Assembly: GCF_009914755.1 (NCBI RefSeq)
Contig: NC_060926.1
DNA from: the human T2T-CHM13v2.0 reference genome, Homo sapiens
Length of the DNA: 64,000 nt
Reading direction: 5' to 3' (one strand)
Part shown: positions 49,415 to 64,000 of the stretch, one piece after another
Numbering within the stretch: the first letter of the stretch is position 1
Layout of the letters: each line of letters begins with the position of its first letter
The notes under the pieces: generated by a model
Seen by the model: the letters and a program-made list of their open reading frames with translations, nothing else
Told to the model about the DNA's origin: nothing
Databases searched by the model: none
Made by a program: the position numbers and the translations under genes

Positions 49415-50249
49415 CTATCCTAAAAACCATCTTTCAAACCATATGATCCAACCAAACTGTTTTAATGGATAGTGTTTAAAAATATATACTTCAGGGCCTT
49501 CCTTGCCAATCTTTGATTATTGACATTTTTGGCTTACTGCTGCATAGAGACTTCCATGATACCCTAGCCAGACTCTTACCTTTTCAGTATGTTACTTGTA
49601 CGTTTGAACGTTTAAATTATTCTGACTTGTGTAATGCTCAGTTTACCTGTTTCCCCTGACAAGATTGTAGGTTTGAGAATAGTGACCTCCGGCCAAGCAC
49701 AGTGGCTCATGCCCGTAATCCCAGCACTTTGGGAGACCAAGGAAGGAGGATCGCTTGAAGCCAGGAGCTGAAGACCAGCCTGGCCAACATAGTGTCTCTA
49801 CAAATAAAATTAGCCCAGTGTGGTGGTGCTCACCTGTAGTCCCAGCTACTCAAGAGGCTGAGGTGGACAGACTGCTGGAGCCCAGCAGGTCAAGGCCGCA
49901 GTGAGCTATGATCACGCCACTCCACTCCACCCTGGGTGATAGAGTGAGATTCCATGTCTTAAAAAAAAAAAAAAAAAAAAAAAGAAAGTGAGCTTTATCC
50001 AAAAATCTTTATGTAGTGAATACCCAGAAAATATTTAAGAGGAAAACACATGAGTCCTTGTTTGGTTTGAGGGGTAGGATTGTTTTGTTTTTAAATTTAA
50101 ATAGGATTATCTTAAAGAGAAGCCCAATGAAGGAACTAAGATGCAAGAAGGCAAACAAAACTTCCTGAGGCCATTAAGACACGTTGTCTGTGCCGGGCAC
50201 AGTGGCTCACACCTGTAATCCCAGCACTGTGGGAGGCCGAGGCAGGCAG

Positions 50250-50744
50250 GTGCCCAGGCTGTTCCTACCAAGGGGCACCTGCAGGCCCACGTGGAGCCAC
50301 CGTCAGTACCCCCTTGGCCCCCATCCTGTGCTCCTCGGTGCCCAAAGTCCGGAGGGGCTTAGGCAGCAGGGGGCTGGTGTGTCGGCGCCACTCCGGGCGC
50401 ACACACACCTGGCCGGGTCGTGACAGCACCCAAGCTCGGCTCCAACTTTGCTCTACCCTGGAGTGGGAGCCGGGAGCAGGGAAAGGCCAAGCAGCGGGAG
50501 CAGGCACTTCCGAGCCTGTCGGGGAAGAGGGGCTTCCCAGGTCCCTAAAAGCTAGGGATGCCTGGGTCCGCAGTCGTGACTGGGTGGCTGCAGCTGCACC
50601 CAGGAACATCAGGCTCCTGCCCTTCCAATTCAGAAGTGGGCAGGGGTCCCGCCTGTTCCAGGCTCCTGCTGGCTCCATGGCACACGCAGCCCTGGCCGCA
50701 CCTTCCCTGCTGCAGCCGCTCCAGGTGGGCCACTGCTGCCATCA
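50250..50744 (-). mobile_element. MER52-like ERV1 LTR, 5' portion
   Basis: Reverse complement begins TGATGGCAGCAGTGGCCCACCTGGAGCGGC, matching the remembered MER52A 5' end; GC-rich. Confidence 0.8.
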
Positions 50745-51037
50745 GTGGCTTGGCTGTGAATGGTCACATAGTCTTTACAAGTAGAGAATAGAGAATATTG
50801 AACTAGCCAAAAATTGTAACTATATTCGGAAGAATCGGGGAGGGAGGTAGGACAGGGTGTGAGAGTGAAATCCTCATCTTCAGTGGCAGTGAGTAGTAAA
50901 TATCTAAGACAAAAATCTAGGATAATATATGCAAGTTATTTAGAAATTTGTAAGTAATCAGTAGGAGAAAAGTCTTAAAATTATGAAAATGTTTGCCTCT
51001 AGGGAGCAGATATCAAGAATGAGAAATAGGAAAGTAG

Positions 51038-51169
<132 letters not shown>

Positions 51170-52149
51170 TGAGTAGCTGGAATTACAGGCATGTGCCACC
51201 ATGCCCAACTAATTTTTGTATTTTTAATAGAGACAGAGTTTCGCCATGTTGGCCAGGCTGGTCTCGAACTCCTGACCTCAGGAGATCTGCCCGCCTCGGC
51301 CTCCCAAAGTGCCAGGATTACAGACGTGAGCTGCCGCGCCCAGCTGAACTTTTTGACTTTTAAACTAATATATCCACTGTCTAACCAGTAGGGGGTAGGA
51401 GAATGTTGCAGACTTTGAAGCCCACAGACCTACGTAGATACCTCAGCTACATCTCTTACCACCTGTGAGACCTTGGACAAATTGCTTAACCTTTGGGTTC
51501 AAGGTTACTAATCTGTAAAGTGGAACCTCAACACTTATTTCATATGACAAAAAATGAAGGGTTTAAGAGGCTCTGTAGTTCAATGGCCTAGCCTCAGTTG
51601 CCAGCTCTAGCACTTACTTATTGACTATAAGAAATGGTGGAAGTTAATGCCTCAGTCCCTCAGTTTTCTCTTCTGAAAAAGTGGTGACGATCATAACAGA
51701 CTCTACACCCAAAAAGCTGCTAAATGGATTAAAAGAGGCAATCCAAAAGTTCCTAGTATAAAGTGGAGTTCAAGAGTTTTTTTGTGGCATGATGAGTTAC
51801 ATGAAATAGCATATGTCATACACTATGCATCGTGCTTGACCCACAGTGAGCGTCCCTTCTCCTAAAAATACATCACAAGAATCGGGGAAGAAGGCCAGTG
51901 TCTGTCTCTCCAGCCAGACTGAGGAATAGATCTCCACCTCCTGTGCAATAGTGTGAAAATACATGGCCTTTGCCCTGTTACCAAGCCCTTCTCCAAGTAT
52001 ACCTCTCAAAACAGTTTTATTCAGAGAAATGTGTAGAACTCATTGAATTCTTACAAAGTTTCCCTGAAGGCCTGGCTCAGTGGTTCATGCCTGTAATCTC
52101 AACACTTTGGGAGGTTAAGGCGAGAGGATCACTTGAAGCCAGGAGTTCA

Positions 52150-52329
<180 letters not shown>

Positions 52330-52400
52330 CTAAGTGAGATCCTGTCTCTGGCAAAAAAAGAAAAGAAAAAAGTTTTTCACTGAGTACTTTAGTTCACTTA

Positions 52401-52538
<138 letters not shown>

Positions 52539-52565
52539 TTAAAAAATTAGCCGGGCATGGTGTCA

Positions 52566-52691
<126 letters not shown>

Positions 52692-54613
52692 TCAAAAAAA
52701 CAAACAACAAAAGATTATAACATTAAACTGAGATGAAAAAGCTTATCAGGCTCATCTCTGCCAGCCCAGGACTCCCAGAATGCCTGGCAAAGTGCAGCAC
52801 CAATGTGTAATAGATGTTCTATAGCAGAAACAGCCATCCTAATTTCAGCTCTGACTAGATCTAGAAAATGGGCCACACATGGAGAGATGGCCACAGGAAT
52901 GATCTAAAGCCACGCCCACACACAGATGCAACTGTATCTCATTACTCCCACCTCTCCTGGGAGTGAGACAAAACTGTCTAACCCAGATCCCAAGTCACTT
53001 CCTGCCAGGGCTTCTCAGCAGTTCAAAGAACTTCTATGTGCAGGTTCTTTCCAAATAGATTGGTTTCTTGAAACTCACAAGAAGTCAAACACCAGAAAAG
53101 AGGGGATTTCTGAAAGCCACCCACTAGGATGGCAACTGGTACTTGGTAGTTTCAAATATTAAGAAAAGAAAAAAAATTGGCGTTGATTAGGCAGTATCTA
53201 ATCTCCCTAAGCACAGGAAGTGAAGGCGATTGAGTCTGATTTGCAGGAGGCCCCGAGGTTGCACAAAGCAGTCACTCCCCTAGCATGGCCCACTCACTGC
53301 CTGCTGAGAAGCCTGCTTTGCCTGCCTCCAGCTGAGCACACCAGAGGGAAAGCACCATTAAATTCCCTGTGCACTCTTCAACCAATTAGCTGCACCAAGG
53401 TCACCAGGTGAAGGGCGTGGGGAAGCAGAGAAGAAAAGATGCTATGGGCTTGACAAGGTTAAATTGATGGGGCCCGTGGGACATGGCTATTCATTCCATA
53501 AATGTTTATCGAGCCCCTAGCATCCACCTGGCATTGAGCTAGCTAGGCACCCAGAGCATAAACAAGATTTAAACCTGTCCCTACACTGAAGGACCTCTCA
53601 GACTGGTAGAAAGTTAGCTGACAAATATCTAGGTTATGCTGTGCTGTTGGGAGCACTGCAGAGGGACCCCTTAATTCTGCCTTGGTCAGGGATGGTGTTG
53701 GGGAACAACAACCCCAGAGCTGAATGTTGTAGGCCAATTAAGAGTTTTCCAGGTGAAAGCTGGGGGAGGTGGAAGGCTGGAAAGGTTCTGGAAATTGGAT
53801 GTTGTAGTAGGGCTGTGTGAAAGGAGCATTAGTTGCATTTGGGGAAAAGGTATGAGGCTGGAATGTAGACAGAGTCCTGCTTCCCATGGACAAGAGAGGG
53901 AGAGGAAAAGACAGAGGCATGGAGATGGTAAGGATAAGGAGGCTCCTGCAGTATGGGGAGAAGAAACTAAAGTAACATAAAGGAATACGTTCCAAACTTT
54001 GGAGGTAGAAAGGATGGGGTCGCTGACAAACTGTATTCAGGGAAGAGTGGAGGAGGGTGCCCACCTTCCTTGGACTGGAAGGCTGACTGTATTGTCATTA
54101 ATCAACTCTGAGATACCAGGGGAGGGCTGCGGGAGAGGGTACCTGAATTTAGATTTGGGGGTGTTGAACTGGAGCTAGCCTCATGGCCATCCACGTGGAG
54201 ATGTACGGTAGACCATGGGAAGTATTGGTCTGGAGCCCTGGAGAGAGGCCTTGGCTGGATGTCCAGGCTTCACAGCGTGACAGACTCATCTTTATGGATA
54301 TTTGTTAAGCGGGAATCTCGGTTCCTACCTCCCCAGACCTGCTGCAGGAACTCCGGGCCGCTCTGGGCTTTGCCCTGACAAGCAGGAGGGGTGGCTTACC
54401 CGATTGGTCAGCTTGGGGAGGGAACTAAGCATGTGCGGCCACACCCTGTGGCTCCTCCCTTTTACGTTTTTCCCGCCCTGCGCAGTGGCTCTGCTGTGTC
54501 TGCGGGTGGCCTTGACTGTGAAGAGCCCGTGCTTGGAGCACACTCAAAGCCGCTGTCTTCAATGAGCTGTATTAGTAATAAGGCAAATGTTTTGGACTCC
54601 GTCTGTGTCCTAA

Positions 54614-54907
<294 letters not shown>

Positions 54908-55586
54908 TGATCCTCCCACCTCAGCCTCCCTAAGTGTTGGGATCACAGGTGTGAGCCACCGTGCCAGGCTAATTTGTGTTTTGTTTGCTGTTTTTCCCTT
55001 CTCTGCATTCCAAGCTGGTGGCCAGGCCTAGTTCCTTTCCTGAGATGTTTTTGCAGGGTAAAGAACAGATACTGGTTGTCTTTGTTTGGTGTTCGTGGGG
55101 TGGGGACTTTGAGAGTTGCAAGAGGAGAGAGAAGAGAGTCACCCTGGGATTGGGAGAGAGGAAATAGCAGGTTACAGCAGACTGGGGTCTGGGTGCTGCT
55201 CCATGTCAGGTCACTGGTGGAGGTGACAAGTCCTAAAGGGGGTGGTTTGATCTGTGTAGTTAGGAAGGCTGGACCCCAGGCCTGGGAGCATTCACTTTGC
55301 CAAAGGTTCCTCTGCTCTAAGCAGCAAGGCTATTAAACCTCAAGGGACAATGCAGTCAGACCAGGAAGCACCTCAGCAGTGATTAGCATGAGCCGAAGAC
55401 CAGTGCCTTTGCCTAGCAAGACTTCCCAGGAGGAGCCGACTTTGGCACACCCCTGGGTAGAATGTGGGACATTCAGCAATTACTGAGATTAATTTCCTGT
55501 CAGCTCAGTAGAAGGCGGCTCAATATCAGATTGAAGTTGATTTAAACAAAGTCAGGAAGTGTGTCATGGCCAGGTGCAGTGGCTCA

Positions 55587-55895
<309 letters not shown>

Positions 55896-56484
55896 TTACT
55901 TCTTTCACATGTGAGTTGGAAGACTAAAATTCACAGCAGCAATAGTAATCAGAACATAGAGGTGCTGGAAGTACGGGAGGTGGGGAGTCAGAGGGAGTGA
56001 ATCCAAGGAGTGTGGGCAAAGCCTGGACAATCTCAGATTTAGGGGTAAGTGAAGATAGAGGAGGCCAAAAAGGTGAAGTCAGCAAGACAGGAGAAGCTGA
56101 AGAGGAGGGTTAATGGCATTCAGTGCTGCGGAGGACAACTAAGACTTGGATTAAAAGGTATGTATGTGATTTGGCATTTGGAGGTCACTGATGACCTTAG
56201 CAGAGCAGTGCTGTGGAGGTGGAAGTGATTGCAGAGAAGAAAGGTCACATTCTCAAGAAGAGTTGCAGGGGAAAGAAGGAGAGACTACTGGTCATAGATC
56301 AAGGTGGAGGGAAGGTTTATTTTTAACTTGGGAGATTTATGGACATGGCTTAAGGTTGAGGGGAAGAAGGCAATGGAACAATGGTGGATACTCTATAGAG
56401 CCAGAGCCAGAAGACAGGGACATTTGCACATATTGAGGAACTGGCCCTGGAGGCAAGTAGAAACATGGAAAGAAGAGGAGAAGT

Positions 56485-58979
<2,495 letters not shown>

Positions 58980-59192
58980 GTAGACAAGTGGCCAGGCACA
59001 GTGGCTCACGCCTGGCAGGTGGATTACTTGGGCACCAGAGTTCCAGACCAGGCTGGGCAACATGGTGAAACCCTGTCTCTACAAAAAATAAATACAAAAA
59101 TTAGCCAGGCATGGTGATGTGCACCTGTAGTCCCAGCTACTCAGGAGGCTGAGGTGGGAGGATCAATTGAGCCCAGGAGGTGGAAGCTATCT

Positions 59193-62030
<2,838 letters not shown>

Positions 62031-62184
62031 AGTCACTACTCTGATTCTTTAAATAGCTTTATTGGCCAGGCGCAGTGGCTCACACCTGTAATCCTAGCAC
62101 TTTAGGAGGCCGAGGCAGGCAGATCACTTGAAGTCAGGAATTCAAAAGCAGCCTGGCCAACATGGTGATAACCCGTCTCTACTA

Positions 62185-62418
<234 letters not shown>

Positions 62419-63518
62419 TCATTTAAAGCGTACATTGAAAAAACCATTGTATAACTTTCCATATATTCACAGAGCTGTGCAGCTGTTGTCATCTCAGTGC
62501 CTTTCAGGTTATTTTCATTATTTCAAGGAGAAACTTGCACCCCAAAGTCACCTCTCCCCATTGTGCCTACTCCTGTAGCCCTAAGCAACTTGCTTTCTGT
62601 GCCTATAGATTTGCCCATTCTGGATATTTCATATAAACCTCTCTGATTTTATCTACTTCTGAAACCCTGTTCTCTACCCATTTTCTCTTCCTCCTTGCGT
62701 GCCTTGTACACCCCCAGCACACCTTCTTCCCAGGGTCTTTGCACAGTTTCCCCCAACCCCCAATCCAGCTTCCCTGATCTCTCCATGGCCACACCTCTCA
62801 GGGAAGCCTTTCCTGAGTTCCCTCCTCCCCCCTGGCCCCGCCCCCACATGCCCCACTTAATTTTTTAAGTGTAATAAGTATATATTATCACATGGCACTA
62901 ATCATCATGTATTCCATGTTTCTCTTTTAATCATCTGTGTCCTCCTGTCACTCATGGAACATCAGCCCCAGAGGCAGGGCTTTTACCTCTTTTATTCCCT
63001 GCTGTACCCTCAGTGCCTTGAACAGCACCTGAAATAGAGAGATACTCCATAAATATTGTCAAATGAATGGCAGGAATGGGATGTGAACACAAGTCTGTCA
63101 GACTTCAAAACCTGTGTCCCTAACTATCATACTTAAAGATCGTAGAGAATGCAAACGATTTAAACTCGTGGCAGTGGCTGGGTGCGGTGGTTCACACCTG
63201 TAATCCCAGCACTTTGGGAGGCCAAGATGGGCGGGTCACCTGAGGTCAGGAGTTTGAGACCAGCCTGGCCAACATGGTGAAACCTGTCTTGACTAAAAAT
63301 GCAAAAAATTAGCCGGGCGTGGTGGTTCATGTCTGTAATCCCAGCTACTCTGGAGGCTGAGGCAGGAGAATCACTTGAACCTGGAGGCAGAGGTTGCGGC
63401 GAGCCTAGATCACACCACTGCACTCCAGCCTGGGAAACAGAGTGAGACTGTCAAAACAAACAAACAAACAAACAAACACACTTGGTAAAAGTAAGAAAGG
63501 TCTAAAGCCTATGCCCAG

Positions 63519-63930
63519 TGTGGTGGATGCTGGGCTGCAGTAGAGGTGTTGATAATGCCAGCTCCCAGGAGTGTTGGCAGCTGGAGCTTGCAGCTGCATC
63601 TTTTCCAGGGTTTGCCCTGGGCTGAGGAGAAGCTGCCTCACTCAAGGCCATTACTACTTTCTAGAGCAGGGGCTGTATCCCATGGTCAATACAAGGGTAG
63701 CAACCTGCCCTATGCTCCAATTTCAAAGGGCCATCCTTGCTCCAGAGCTCCTTGTGGCATTGGTGGAAGCCATTGTTTCCACAGCATTAAAGTTCAGCTT
63801 CTTCCTCTATTCATCTGGCTTCCTGCTCTCCCCACACAGGTGTTAATCTTGACAGCATTCCCCAATAAACTTTCTGTGCACAAACTGCCGTCGTGGAAAC
63901 TGTTTCCTGGATAATGCAACCCGTGATGCT
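63519..63930 (+). mobile_element. LTR16-like ERVL LTR
   Basis: gggccatccttgctccagagctcc...cccaataaactttctgtgcacaaact resembles LTR16A. Confidence 0.65.
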
Positions 63931-64000
63931 CAGAATAATTCATTCGATGGCTTCCCAAGGAGGTTGAAGGATCTATGGGTAGGTGGACACAGAACAAATA

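Noticed and set aside
50184-50791. 156-aa and 137-aa ORFs on opposite strands
   Set aside because: They lie in the GC-rich MER52-like LTR remnant.

Overview
Primate, human-like genomic DNA that is very Alu-dense. The window holds one complete protein-coding gene on the + strand, poly(A) polymerase gamma (PAPOLG). I assembled 22 GT-AG coding exons by hand from ATG 2296 to TAA 42980. They total 2211 nt (736 aa plus stop), every splice phase is consistent, and there are no frameshifts. The gene has a CpG-island promoter at ~1.95-2.7 kb and a long 3'UTR with several poly(A) signals out to ~47.9 kb. The rest is intronic or intergenic repeat: Alu, L1, L2, MIR, MER2, Charlie1, Tigger1, MER58, MER52, MER21, MLT1 and LTR16. 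Repeat families were assigned from remembered consensus sequences, so boundaries are approximate. I found no novel multi-gene system. The best leads are possible post-transcriptional controls on the polymerase itself: a 5'UTR uORF overlapping an in-phase alternative donor, a candidate poison exon in intron 13, a tandemly duplicated intronic poly(A)-signal cassette in intron 15, and a +4 frameshifting donor. Several structural fossils also stand out: a ~315-bp inverted templated insertion inside an Alu, an Alu-L1 fusion under one TSD, and tandem duplications abutting splice acceptors. All regulatory claims are inference from sequence alone.
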